Shown here one piece after another: positions 1 through 7,530 of a DNA stretch of 64,000 bases. The translations under genes were made by a program, and so were the position numbers. Position 1 is the first letter of the stretch. Each line of letters begins with the position of its first letter. A model generated the notes under the pieces. It did no database searches. It saw only the letters and a list, made by a program, of their open reading frames with translations, and had not been told where the DNA came from. The stretch spans positions 124,001-188,000 of IMG/VR virus record IMGVR_UViG_3300017917_001342. The stretch is one strand, 5' to 3'.

Positions 1-76
1 GGCTTAAAGCAGCGGTTTGCTAAACCGTCGAGGGTCGAAAGGCCCTCCACTGGTTCGAATCCAGTACGCTCCGCCA
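1..76 (+). tRNA. tRNA-Ser(GCT), 5' end truncated by window edge
   Basis: anticodon arm CGGTT-TGCTAA-ACCG, long variable arm, GGTTCGAATCC T arm, CCA. Confidence 0.9.
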
Positions 77-314
77 ATAAAGTTGTCATTAACCGGTTGA
101 CACTGTAACCTAAACCATATAGTAATATGGCTGTAGCAAACGGAGAACTGCAATGGATATGGACTTTGAAGACTATCTGAACTATGTTCGTCAACTGCTT
201 GAGCAAGCCGAAGAAGACGGCTTTGAGATTGACGGATAACTGACACTCGGTACTGCTTGGCGGTTAAAGCAGCTAAGTCGCCTTTGTTCCTAGAGGTAGA
301 GCCACACACTTAAT

Positions 315-398
315 GGGTCGTACCCCGCAAGGTGCGGGAGCGGACTGTAACTCCGTCGGGGAAACCCACGCTTGGTTCGATTCCAAGACGACCCACCA
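315..398 (+). tRNA. tRNA-Tyr(GTA)
   Basis: GGGTCGT/ACGACCC acceptor, CTGTAAC loop, long variable arm, ACCA. Confidence 0.9.
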
Positions 399-486
399 AA
401 TACTAGGTAAGGCCCAAGGTTGGATACACGGTTGTGTGAAGGTTTGGGAGAAGCAGCAGAGCGAGAGGATGGGGCTGCGTGCTGTA

Positions 487-777
487 TTACTTTGCTTCTA
501 ATGTATCGAGACGATGCTCTAACACTGCAATGGCTTGTGAATTAGCTGCAATTAGTTCTTTGAGGTCAGCTCTAAGCTTTTCTCGTTCTAATTCGCTGTT
601 AACATTCATTGCCGGTTGATTGTCGTCTGTTACTACTACAGTGACTTTTGCTTTGAGATTGAGTATTTCTTCTTGCATGCTAATCATTGAGGATATAACG
701 TAGATAACACCCGATGTTAGCACTGGCAGAAATGCAAATACTACTTTTTCTAAAATACTACTCATGCTATGCTCCAA
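487..777 (-). CDS. membrane-anchored coiled-coil protein
   Basis: N-terminal hydrophobic helix then heptad-rich C-terminus; TAAATA motif just upstream on - strand. Confidence 0.55.
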   Translation of the reverse strand: MEHSMSSILEKVVFAFLPVLTSGVIYVISSMISMQEEILNLKAKVTVVVTDDNQPAMNVNSELEREKLRADLKELIAANSQAIAVLEHRLDTLEAK

Positions 778-801
778 ATTGCATACATATTTAAAGATTT
801 T

Positions 802-878
802 TGTCCCTTAGCTCAGGTGGTTAGAGCGAAGAGCTGATAACTCTTAGGTCGGTGGTTCGAGTCCACCAGGGACAACCA
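802..878 (+). tRNA. tRNA-Ile(GAT)
   Basis: cloverleaf, AGAG-CTGATAA-CTCT, ACCA. Confidence 0.92.
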
Positions 879-887
879 AACTAGGAG

Positions 888-1097
888 ATGTCAATGCCAC
901 AATTTAACTGTGATAGAGAATGGTGGTCTACTTTAACCAAAGAAGAACAAGATCACTGGCTTGATTTTGCAGAAAGTTGTGGTGCGCCTAGAGAACCGTT
1001 TTTAGTTGATCGCAATCCGGATTATCCAGATTTGGTTTGCATGCCCTGTGTTACTGTTGATATAGACGATGACGAATTAATAGAATTACTCCCGTAG
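888..1097 (+). CDS. small acidic hypothetical protein
   Basis: AGGAG RBS; 3' end overlaps the 5' end of tRNA-Glu. Confidence 0.5.
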   Translation: MSMPQFNCDREWWSTLTKEEQDHWLDFAESCGAPREPFLVDRNPDYPDLVCMPCVTVDIDDDELIELLP

Positions 1098-1165
1098 GAC
1101 TACTCGGTGATGGTCGCTGGCCTTTCAAGTCGGAGAAATGGGTTCGAAACCCATACGGGGGACCA
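1089..1165 (+). tRNA. tRNA-Glu(TTC)
   Basis: CTGGC-CTTTCAA-GTCGG, T arm TGGGTTCGAAACCCA, ACCA. Confidence 0.85.
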
Positions 1166-1177
1166 AAATTACTATGT

Positions 1178-1335
1178 GCCTGCGATGGCGAAATTGGAGA
1201 GACGCACCGGCAGGTGAGGCCGGCGGGCTCTAAGGAGTAGCAGTGAGCGAATGGGAGTAGGTCCGGAACGAAACCGCTAGCAATAGAATGCGAAAGTTAC
1301 CCCACATGTAGGTTCAAATCCTACTCGCAGCACCA
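1178..1335 (+). ncRNA. CCA-ended tRNA-like RNA with 84-nt variable region
   Basis: CTGCGA/TCGCAG acceptor, D-like arm, CCGGC/GCCGG stem, GTAGG-TTCAAAT-CCTAC, ACCA. Confidence 0.65.
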
Positions 1336-1361
1336 TTATTATTGTCGTGTAACCTCTGTAC

Positions 1362-1441
1362 GCTGTCGACATACGGGGGTATAGATAGGCTAGCGCAAGC
1401 CTGAAAGTGTATGTGGGTGCAACTCCTACCACGACAGCCAA
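1362..1441 (+). ncRNA. D-armless tRNA-like RNA (copy 1)
   Basis: GCTGTCG/CGACAGC stem, CATAC/GTATG arm, GTGGG-TGCAACT-CCTAC T-like arm. Confidence 0.5.
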
Positions 1442-1631
1442 ACAAAAGGTTCGAGAATGAATGAAGAATTATTAAAACAAGCAGAAATTGCATTGGGATC
1501 GTCATTCCGTCTTATGGAACAATATTACTTCTTAAAAAAACGCGGCTGGCATTGTTATTGGAATCTAGATACTGCTATTGCGCATGCAGCAAAAAATGTT
1601 AAATCATTGATTTGGTGTTAATACCAATCAT

Positions 1632-1707
1632 CCCTAGGTAGCTCAGTTGGTAGAGCACGTGCCTGAAGAGCATGGTGTCGGCGGTTCGATCCCGTCCCTA
1701 GGGGCCA
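1632..1707 (+). tRNA. tRNA-Phe(GAA)
   Basis: cloverleaf, CTGAAGA loop, CCA. Confidence 0.92.
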
Positions 1708-1746
1708 TTAGATCAAGTCTAGCTGATCTCGAAATAAGCTAGACCC

Positions 1747-1814
1747 GCTCCTGCAAGAGGATATACAGTTGTTCGAGCGACTGTATGTGGGATCGTTCCC
1801 CACCAGGAGTATCA
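1747..1814 (+). ncRNA. D-armless tRNA-like RNA (copy 2)
   Basis: GCTCCTG/CAGGAGT stem, 9-bp ATACAGTTG/CGACTGTAT arm, GTGGG-ATCGTTC-CCCAC. Confidence 0.5.
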
Positions 1815-1820
1815 AATATC

Positions 1821-1903
1821 GCGGGCGTGGTGGAATGGTAGACACAGGAGACTTAAAATCTCCCGCTTGATGCATGTCGGTTCGAGTCCGACCGCCCGCA
1901 CCA
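1821..1903 (+). tRNA. tRNA-Leu(TAA)
   Basis: GGAGA-CTTAAAA-TCTCC, long variable arm, ACCA. Confidence 0.93.
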
Positions 1904-1948
1904 AAATATAAGGTACGATAAATACTCACATAATTGGGAGTATTGGTT

Positions 1949-2452
1949 ATGCCTAGTAGAGAATTGCCGTGGATAGCAGAAGGTAAAACTGTTTTTGGTT
2001 TACACGAAACCAATAATAATCGACAACTTAGAGAGTGGCTTGTAAGTGATCGTAAAACACTAGGCGACCCCAAAGCGTTACCGTGGTGCGGCGATTACGT
2101 TGAAACTGCTATTAAGAAAAGTTTACCAAAAGAACCATTTACTGGTCCGCTTGCAGACAACCCATATTGGGCAAGAAACTGGATGAGTTTTGGTGTAGCT
2201 ACTAAACCTGTATATGGTGCAGTTGCAGTTTTCCAAAGAGAAGGCGGCGGCGGCCATGTTGGGTTTCTAGTAGGTGAAGATGCTACAGACTATTATGTAC
2301 TAGGTGGTAACCAGTCAAATGCTGTTAACATTAGCAGAATAGATAAAAAGCGTTGTTTAGGTACAAGATGGCCGAGCAGTTACAACAATCTTGGATTGAC
2401 ATTGCCTAGACTTTCTGCTACTAATATACCGAAAACAACAAACGAATTTTAA
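1949..2452 (+). CDS. TIGR02594-family NlpC/P60-like cell-wall hydrolase
   Basis: motifs LPWIAE, PWCGDYV, GGGHVGF, VLGGNQS. Confidence 0.8.
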   Translation: MPSRELPWIAEGKTVFGLHETNNNRQLREWLVSDRKTLGDPKALPWCGDYVETAIKKSLPKEPFTGPLADNPYWARNWMSFGVATKPVYGAVAVFQREGGGGHVGFLVGEDATDYYVLGGNQSNAVNISRIDKKRCLGTRWPSSYNNLGLTLPRLSATNIPKTTNEF

Positions 2453-2458
2453 GACTAT

Positions 2459-2533
2459 TGGGAGATAGTTCAGTGGTAGAACACGGGTTTTTGGTACCCG
2501 GTGTCGGGGGTTCGAGCCCTCCTCTCCCAGCCA
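2459..2533 (+). tRNA. tRNA-Gln(TTG)
   Basis: TGGGAGA/TCTCCCA, CGGGT-TTTTGGT-ACCCG, GCCA. Confidence 0.88.
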
Positions 2534-2540
2534 ATTATGT

Positions 2541-2617
2541 CAGGGTGTAGCTTAGCCTGGTAAAGTGCCGGACCTGGACTCCGGAGACCGTTGGTTCAAC
2601 TCCAACTACCCTGACCA
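2541..2617 (+). tRNA. tRNA-Pro(TGG), C at position 33
   Basis: CAGGGTG/TACCCTG, CCGGA-CCTGGAC-TCCGG, ACCA. Confidence 0.8.
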
Positions 2618-2625
2618 AACTATAT

Positions 2626-2702
2626 CTGGGTATAGCTCAGTCTGATAGAGTGCTGCACTCGGAATGCAGAGGCCGCTGGTTTGAATCCAGTTACCCAGAC
2701 CA
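2626..2702 (+). tRNA. tRNA-Pro(CGG)
   Basis: CTGCA-CTCGGAA-TGCAG, ACCA. Confidence 0.88.
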
Positions 2703-2707
2703 AACAC

Positions 2708-2715
2708 TATAAATA
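2708..2715 (+). promoter_or_regulatory. T4-like late promoter TATAAATA
   Basis: exact TATAAATA 5 nt before ATG at 2720; TAAATA recurs ahead of ORFs at 1917, 8664, 24561, 27118, 29966, 56802 and on - strand at 793 and 15743. Confidence 0.55.
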
Positions 2716-2719
2716 CTGT

Positions 2720-3022
2720 ATGCTTATAAGAGAAATACTTTCAGAACTAACATTCATGGGCAGTCCTTGCACAAAGGATTGCAGCGGACACAAAGCTGGC
2801 TATGAATGGGGCATACGTCACAAAGGCAGAACTGCTAAAAGTTGGAGCAACAGTTTCAACAACGGCACGGATATTGCTAAACAAAAAATTGCAATGCGTC
2901 CACAAGGTGGGGGTAAGCTGCCGGGTTATGTAAGCCAAACACCTAGTGCAGTCCGTAAACGTGCTCAACGAGCAGCTAGACCTGCTGTAGCACAGCCGCC
3001 GCAAGCACCTGTTGCAGAATAA
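2720..3022 (+). CDS. hypothetical phage protein (CTKDCSGHKAGYEW motif)
   Basis: ORF directly downstream of TATAAATA. Confidence 0.65.
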   Translation: MLIREILSELTFMGSPCTKDCSGHKAGYEWGIRHKGRTAKSWSNSFNNGTDIAKQKIAMRPQGGGKLPGYVSQTPSAVRKRAQRAARPAVAQPPQAPVAE

Positions 3023-3027
3023 ATTAT

Positions 3028-3116
3028 AGGCATCCGGCGACGATGGAGTGTCGTGCTGGTCTCCAAAACCAGTGTCTGTAAAGACTTAGCGAGTTCGAAT
3101 CTCGCGATGCCTGCCA
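3028..3116 (+). tRNA. tRNA-Trp(CCA) with long variable arm
   Basis: AGGCATC/GATGCCT, CTGGT-CTCCAAA-ACCAG, GCCA. Confidence 0.8.
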
Positions 3117-3161
3117 AAAAAGAACTTGTATTAAACGAGTTAAATAGTATACTTAAAAAGT

Positions 3162-3238
3162 CGGAGTGTAGCTCAGTTTGGTAGAGCGCCTGGTTTGGGA
3201 CCAGGATGTCGTGGGTTCAAATCCTGCCACTCCGACCA
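3162..3238 (+). tRNA. tRNA-Pro(TGG)
   Basis: CGGAGTG/CACTCCG, CCTGG-TTTGGGA-CCAGG. Confidence 0.93.
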
Positions 3239-3263
3239 TTTTATTTTGTACTGTGGGGCAATA

Positions 3264-3410
3264 ATGTGTAAGTCTAGTATAGAATACGCAGAATTAGCAG
3301 GTATCAACATATCTGCGTCAAATCTTTCAGCAAAAAAAGACTTGACAAAAGACGAAGAAACTGTTTTAACTTGGCTTACAAAACGTGCAGAATATTTGAA
3401 AAAACTATAG
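3264..3410 (+). CDS. small hypothetical protein
   Basis: fills spacer between tRNAs; ATG at 3264. Confidence 0.45.
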   Translation: MCKSSIEYAELAGINISASNLSAKKDLTKDEETVLTWLTKRAEYLKKL

Positions 3411-3414
3411 TTAC

Positions 3415-3491
3415 GCCTTCGTAGCTCAGTGGACTAGAGCGGTGCGCTTCGAACGCATTGGCCGGGGGTTCGAATCCCTCCGAGGGCTCCA
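3415..3491 (+). tRNA. tRNA-Arg(TCG)
   Basis: GTGCG-CTTCGAA-CGCAT, TCCA. Confidence 0.9.
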
Positions 3492-3556
3492 TTTTAACCT
3501 GTGAACACTGTGTTCACCCTGTATCAGTAAGCAGGCGCGGTATGTGAGAGGACAAT

Positions 3557-3817
3557 ATGAAAACACCCGATGAAAAACAAAAATTCTACGAAACATGCAG
3601 TGCAATATTGAACATTGCACATGAATATAATACTCCTGTAAGACGTAGAACAAGATGGAATACAAGACGACTTGGTAACGGTAGATATCCGGGCTTTGGA
3701 CTAATTCAATGCTTTGGCAGTACTGTGCGAGTTGTTAGTAAACAAGGTACGCGAATGTTCAAAACCTACGAAGAAGTTTATGAATATTTGCATAAAACTA
3801 TTAACATTATAGAATAA
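3557..3817 (+). CDS. hypothetical protein
   Basis: GAGG RBS, 86 aa. Confidence 0.6.
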   Translation: MKTPDEKQKFYETCSAILNIAHEYNTPVRRRTRWNTRRLGNGRYPGFGLIQCFGSTVRVVSKQGTRMFKTYEEVYEYLHKTINIIE

Positions 3818-3819
3818 AT

Positions 3820-3893
3820 GGCTGCGTGATGAAATGGTATCATACCGGATTGTCTATCCGAGGTCGTGGGTTCGATTCCCATCGCGGTCGCCA
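3820..3893 (+). tRNA. tRNA-Asp(GTC)
   Basis: CGGA-TTGTCTA-TCCG, GCCA. Confidence 0.88.
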
Positions 3894-3900
3894 ATTTTTA

Positions 3901-3990
3901 GGATAGATGGCCGAGAGGCTTAAGGCGTTGCTCTCGAAAAGCAAAGGCGGGTAACACCGTCCGTGAGTTCGAATCTCACTCTATCCGCCA
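3901..3990 (+). tRNA. tRNA-Ser(CGA)
   Basis: TTGCT-CTCGAAA-AGCAA, long variable arm, GCCA. Confidence 0.92.
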
Positions 3991-4001
3991 TAGTGAATTT
4001 T

Positions 4002-4077
4002 GGGGTCTTAGCTCAGTTGGGAGAGCGGTAGCTTTGCAAGCTTCAGGTCATCGGTTCGATCCCGATAGGCTCCACCA
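4002..4077 (+). tRNA. tRNA-Ala(TGC)
   Basis: GGGGTCT acceptor with G3.U70, TTTGCAA loop. Confidence 0.93.
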
Positions 4078-4080
4078 AAA

Positions 4081-4213
4081 TTAAAGTACTGCGAAAGTGG
4101 TCCTACGGGAGATACGGGTATCTTCCAGTTAAAACAAAAACCCTCCGACGAGTGGACGTAATGCGTCAGAAAACATGCTATTTGATACGACATGCAATGT
4201 CGCAGTACTTTAA
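4081..4213 (+). ncRNA. structured spacer RNA closed by a perfect 14-bp stem
   Basis: TTAAAGTACTGCGA / TCGCAGTACTTTAA with internal hairpins. Confidence 0.5.
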
Positions 4214-4221
4214 ACTATAAC

Positions 4222-4296
4222 GCCCTAATAGCTCAGTGGTAGAGCAACCGCCTTGTAAGCGGTAGGCCGGGAGTTCAAATCTCTCTTGGGGCACCA
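4222..4296 (+). tRNA. tRNA-Thr(TGT)
   Basis: ACCGC-CTTGTAA-GCGGT. Confidence 0.92.
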
Positions 4297-4302
4297 TAAT
4301 AT

Positions 4303-4377
4303 GCGGGATTAGCGCAGTGGTAGCGCACCTCCTTTACACGGAGAGGGTCGGGAGTTCGAATCTCTCATCCCGCACCA
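4303..4377 (+). tRNA. tRNA-Val(TAC)
   Basis: CTCC-TTTACAC-GGAG. Confidence 0.92.
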
Positions 4378-4400
4378 TATTATCTGTATAACTAAGTTGT

Positions 4401-5177
4401 ATGCAGGATACCAAGATGTCGTCTAACCTTTATATAGATAAATTCAAAAAAACCGTTTTAAATCCAAATATAGTTTGGGACACTGATGAAAATACTGACA
4501 TGTGGGTGTTAGATGTGTTTGGATTTGATCGAACTGGTACTTTTATCGATGCAGGTGCAGCCGGAAGAAGCAACAGTTACAACTTAGAAACACACTTTAA
4601 CTGGTCCGGTATTTGTTTAGAACCACACGAAAAATCCTATAAAGAACTAGTCGAATCTGGTAGAAAATTAGTATTAAACAAATGTCTATACGGATACAGC
4701 GGTGAAGTTGAATTCTATGAGTGCAATGGTATTGTACCCGGTAAAACTAACAAAAATGGTGGCGATTGGGTGTCTGATCAATTAAGCTGCATACCGCAAC
4801 ATATTATGCCATGGCATGAAAACGATGTAAAATCAACTGGTAAACTGGTTAGAAAAACTGCTGTTACAATTAGCGAATTACTAGCTACCTATAACATTCA
4901 AACACCTATAGAACTGTTATTGATGGACATCGAAGGGTCTGAAGAATCTGTAATAGAAACGTTACCGTTCGATAGTTGTGTATTTTTGTCAATGGTAATA
5001 GAAAACGGTTTACGATTTGCTGAGTTGCTGTATAATAACAATTACTATATGGTAGAAAATCCCTATAGAGAAAAACCCTACTACGATTATTACTTTTTAC
5101 ACGAGTCGATGATACAACAGTATCCACATAAAATTTACTCGTTAAGTGACATAATAAACATGCGAAATACAAATTAA
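4401..5177 (+). CDS. FkbM-family SAM-dependent methyltransferase
   Basis: FIDAGA motif I, NWSGICLEP, LLMDIEGSE. Confidence 0.75.
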   Translation: MQDTKMSSNLYIDKFKKTVLNPNIVWDTDENTDMWVLDVFGFDRTGTFIDAGAAGRSNSYNLETHFNWSGICLEPHEKSYKELVESGRKLVLNKCLYGYSGEVEFYECNGIVPGKTNKNGGDWVSDQLSCIPQHIMPWHENDVKSTGKLVRKTAVTISELLATYNIQTPIELLLMDIEGSEESVIETLPFDSCVFLSMVIENGLRFAELLYNNNYYMVENPYREKPYYDYYFLHESMIQQYPHKIYSLSDIINMRNTN

Positions 5178-5178
5178 T

Positions 5179-5254
5179 GGCCTGTTAGTCGAGTGGTTAA
5201 GACGCCTGCCTGTCACGCAGGAGAACACCGGTTCAATCCCGGTACAGGTCGCCA
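5179..5254 (+). tRNA. tRNA-Asp(GTC)
   Basis: CCTGC-CTGTCAC-GCAGG. Confidence 0.93.
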
Positions 5255-5348
5255 TTGGTGTTGAGACTGTCCCAACTTAGCGGTGGTTCTCCCTGGGATG
5301 AGATTACGTTCAATAGGGGCCCAGATCGACCACAGGCAGACTAACAAT

Positions 5349-5422
5349 GCGGGTATCGTATAAAGGTATTACATCTGCTTGCCAAGCAGAAGAAATGGGA
5401 TCGTTCCCCATTACCCGCTCCA
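5349..5422 (+). tRNA. tRNA-Gly(GCC)
   Basis: TCTGC-TTGCCAA-GCAGA, TCCA. Confidence 0.88.
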
Positions 5423-5436
5423 ATAAATAGAATCAT

Positions 5437-5511
5437 GCTGCCATAGCTCAGTGGTAGAGCTACTGATTAGTAATCAGTGGGTCGGGAGTTCGAATCTCTC
5501 TGGCAGCACCA
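5437..5511 (+). tRNA. tRNA-Thr(AGT)
   Basis: ACTGA-TTAGTAA-TCAGT, canonical D and T arms, ACCA. Confidence 0.88.
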
Positions 5512-5518
5512 TAATCAC

Positions 5519-5593
5519 GGGTTTGTAGCTCAACGGTAGAGCAGGTGTCTCTAAAACATCGAGGTGTGGGTTCGAATCCCATCTTACCCGCCA
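5519..5593 (+). tRNA. amber suppressor tRNA (CTA)
   Basis: GGTGT-CTCTAAA-ACATC; acceptor has two U.U mismatches; GCCA. Confidence 0.8.
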
Positions 5594-5732
5594 ATTTTGT
5601 ATAAGTAACAATGAGATAGCATCAGAAGAGGAAAAGATGCCAAACGACGGTCATAGACTATAGCCATCAGGAACATGGTAGCTTGATCGACGCTCCCGTG
5701 CTCTTGATGGCGTTAACATTAAGGAGCACGGA

Positions 5733-6062
5733 ATGAACCAGGCCATTCACACTGGATTTGATTTTCTTAGCAATTGGATTGCAAGAATAACAGGTAAACC
5801 GCAGAGTTTTTTAATTGCATGTGCAATAGTATTGTGTTGGGCAATAACAGGTCCGCTATTTCATTTTAGCGACACTTGGCAATTGGTCATCAACACAGGT
5901 ACTACTATCACAACATTCCTTATGGTATTTTTGCTGCAAAACACAGGCAACAGAACTATCGAAGAAATGCATGATAGACTGCGTATGTTGGAATCACAAA
6001 ACGCAGAAATTATTGCTGCGTTGAGAAAAATACCGGTTGACCACGCTGCTATAGAAGTGTAA
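5733..6062 (+). CDS. low-affinity iron permease family protein
   Basis: WAITGPLFHFSDTWQLVINTGTTITTFLMVFLLQNT signature. Confidence 0.85.
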   Translation: MNQAIHTGFDFLSNWIARITGKPQSFLIACAIVLCWAITGPLFHFSDTWQLVINTGTTITTFLMVFLLQNTGNRTIEEMHDRLRMLESQNAEIIAALRKIPVDHAAIEV

Positions 6063-6092
6063 GATACACACATAACAAAAGGGTACTACGCA

Positions 6093-6272
6093 ATGAAACG
6101 CAAAAACAAACCAGCGCCTAAAGAGCGCAATCCGTTTGTTCAGCATGCTATGTTCCGCAGCGGAGCAGGCGTGCATGACAAACCTCACAAAGTTAAACGT
6201 GCATCCGAAAAGGTTGCCATGAAGAAACGGGTCAGGGACGGATTCGACCCTGACTATCAAATTGCTGCATAA
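6093..6272 (+). CDS. small highly basic protein (59 aa, not in ORF track)
   Basis: MKRKNKPAPKERNPFVQHAMFRSGAGVHDK...YQIAA. Confidence 0.55.
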   Translation: MKRKNKPAPKERNPFVQHAMFRSGAGVHDKPHKVKRASEKVAMKKRVRDGFDPDYQIAA

Positions 6273-6275
6273 CAT

Positions 6276-6353
6276 GGACCAGTAGCTGAGTTGGTTTAGC
6301 GGGAGACTTTTAATCTCTGTCATACGTGAGTTCGATCCTCACCTGGTTCACCA
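6276..6353 (+). tRNA. tRNA-Lys(TTT)
   Basis: GGAGA-CTTTTAA-TCTCT. Confidence 0.9.
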
Positions 6354-6453
6354 TTACTTTGACGATAACAGTATAGCAGATCTTGGGTGATTAAGTTCGC
6401 TTTAAAGTGGGATCAGGGATATGTTGCGAGCCCTGCTGTTATCTTCTAAGTAA

Positions 6454-6574
6454 TGATTGTTTTGATGATATACTAAGTTGGGTTCCTAGCTTCGCTAGGC
6501 TACAGTGGGTGCCGGCTATCCTGTGAAAATCCGCCGGCACGTTGGATTTTCTTAGTATATCTTCAAAACAATTG
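6454..6574 (+). ncRNA. multibranch RNA on a ~22-bp closing stem
   Basis: TGATTGTTTTGATGATATACTAAG / CTTAGTATATCTTCAAAACAATTG, internal CCTAGC-TTC-GCTAGG and GTGCCGGC stems. Confidence 0.5.
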
Positions 6575-6581
6575 TTTTTAT

Positions 6582-6664
6582 GATACACTTGTGGGCACCC
6601 AAGCGTCTTAGTGCGGTATCTGCGGATTGAAAGGGGAGACGGTTCAAATCCGTCGAAGTGTATC
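6582..6664 (+). ncRNA. tRNA-like core on an extended stem, no CCA
   Basis: GATACACTT/AAGTGTATC closing stem; GACGG-TTCAAAT-CCGTC T arm. Confidence 0.45.
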
Positions 6665-6694
6665 TTAACAACAATTTGCAACAACAGGTGCAAC

Positions 6695-6997
6695 ATGGCA
6701 GAGTTTTGTTTTATTGGTAAAAAATGCGAAGACGCAGACAAAACTATGCTGTTTGCTGCAACTGATGACCTGCAACCAATTCTAGAAACAGACACATCTA
6801 TGGCACACTTGCTTGCACGTATTGGCAAGTTTAGCAGTGTTAAAGATGCTAAACGCAATGGCTGGGATAAACCAATCCCTAAAGGTTGGGCAGAGTTTAC
6901 TGTTGGTAAAGGTGTTAACAGAGTTGACATTTACATTTGGAACCCAACTACAACACTAGCGGAATTTGTCGAACAGGACGCTGCGACTGAGCAATAG
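6695..6997 (+). CDS. hypothetical protein, possibly S4-like RNA-binding
   Basis: LLARIGKFSSVKDAKRNGW resembles the S4-domain helix pattern; AGG RBS. Confidence 0.45.
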   Translation: MAEFCFIGKKCEDADKTMLFAATDDLQPILETDTSMAHLLARIGKFSSVKDAKRNGWDKPIPKGWAEFTVGKGVNRVDIYIWNPTTTLAEFVEQDAATEQ

Positions 6998-7117
6998 GTA
7001 ATCCTAGTAGTAGGTACAACGCTCATGCAAATAGAAGCATTGTATTTGGGTGTTGATCTATTGCTTGACAAGTTTTTTAAACTGTGCTACAACACAATTC
7101 CAATTTAAGAGGACAGT

Positions 7118-7522
7118 GTGATGCTAGAATGTTTGATCATGGGCGATAGTATTGCTGTTGGCATTGCTCAGCAACGCCCCGAATGTGTAGTTGAAGCCAA
7201 AATTGGTATCAACAGCATGGATTATGTTAATGGGTTGTACTTTTTCTATGCAGTACCAGATGCAAAGACTACCGTGATTAGTCTTGGTAGTAACGACTTT
7301 GACAATAGCGAAACTTATCCTGTGCTGTTGACACTGCGTGAAGAAATCAAGGGTAACGTGTTGTGGATTTTGCCTGCACGAAATGACGAGGCACGTAATG
7401 TTATGCTAACCATTGCTCGAGAGCGTGGTGACGCAGTTGCAGATACTCGTGCTTGGCCATTGTCACCAGACGGTGTTCATCCTACCGTAAAAGGATACAA
7501 AGGACTGGCACAGTCTTGGTAA
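7118..7522 (+). CDS. SGNH/GDSL hydrolase
   Basis: GDSIAVG, SLGSND, DGVHPTVKGY blocks. Confidence 0.85.
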   Translation: MMLECLIMGDSIAVGIAQQRPECVVEAKIGINSMDYVNGLYFFYAVPDAKTTVISLGSNDFDNSETYPVLLTLREEIKGNVLWILPARNDEARNVMLTIARERGDAVADTRAWPLSPDGVHPTVKGYKGLAQSW

Positions 7523-7530
7523 AGAATAAT

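Noticed and set aside
240-310. HDV-like (theta) ribozyme reading of the GG-P4-CTAA motif
   Set aside because: The P4 and CTAA resemble J4/2, but no upstream P1/P2/P3 partners could be found at either copy.
5519-5593. Genome-wide TAG recoding
   Set aside because: Large conserved genes are uninterrupted in the standard code, and several ORFs end normally at TAG.
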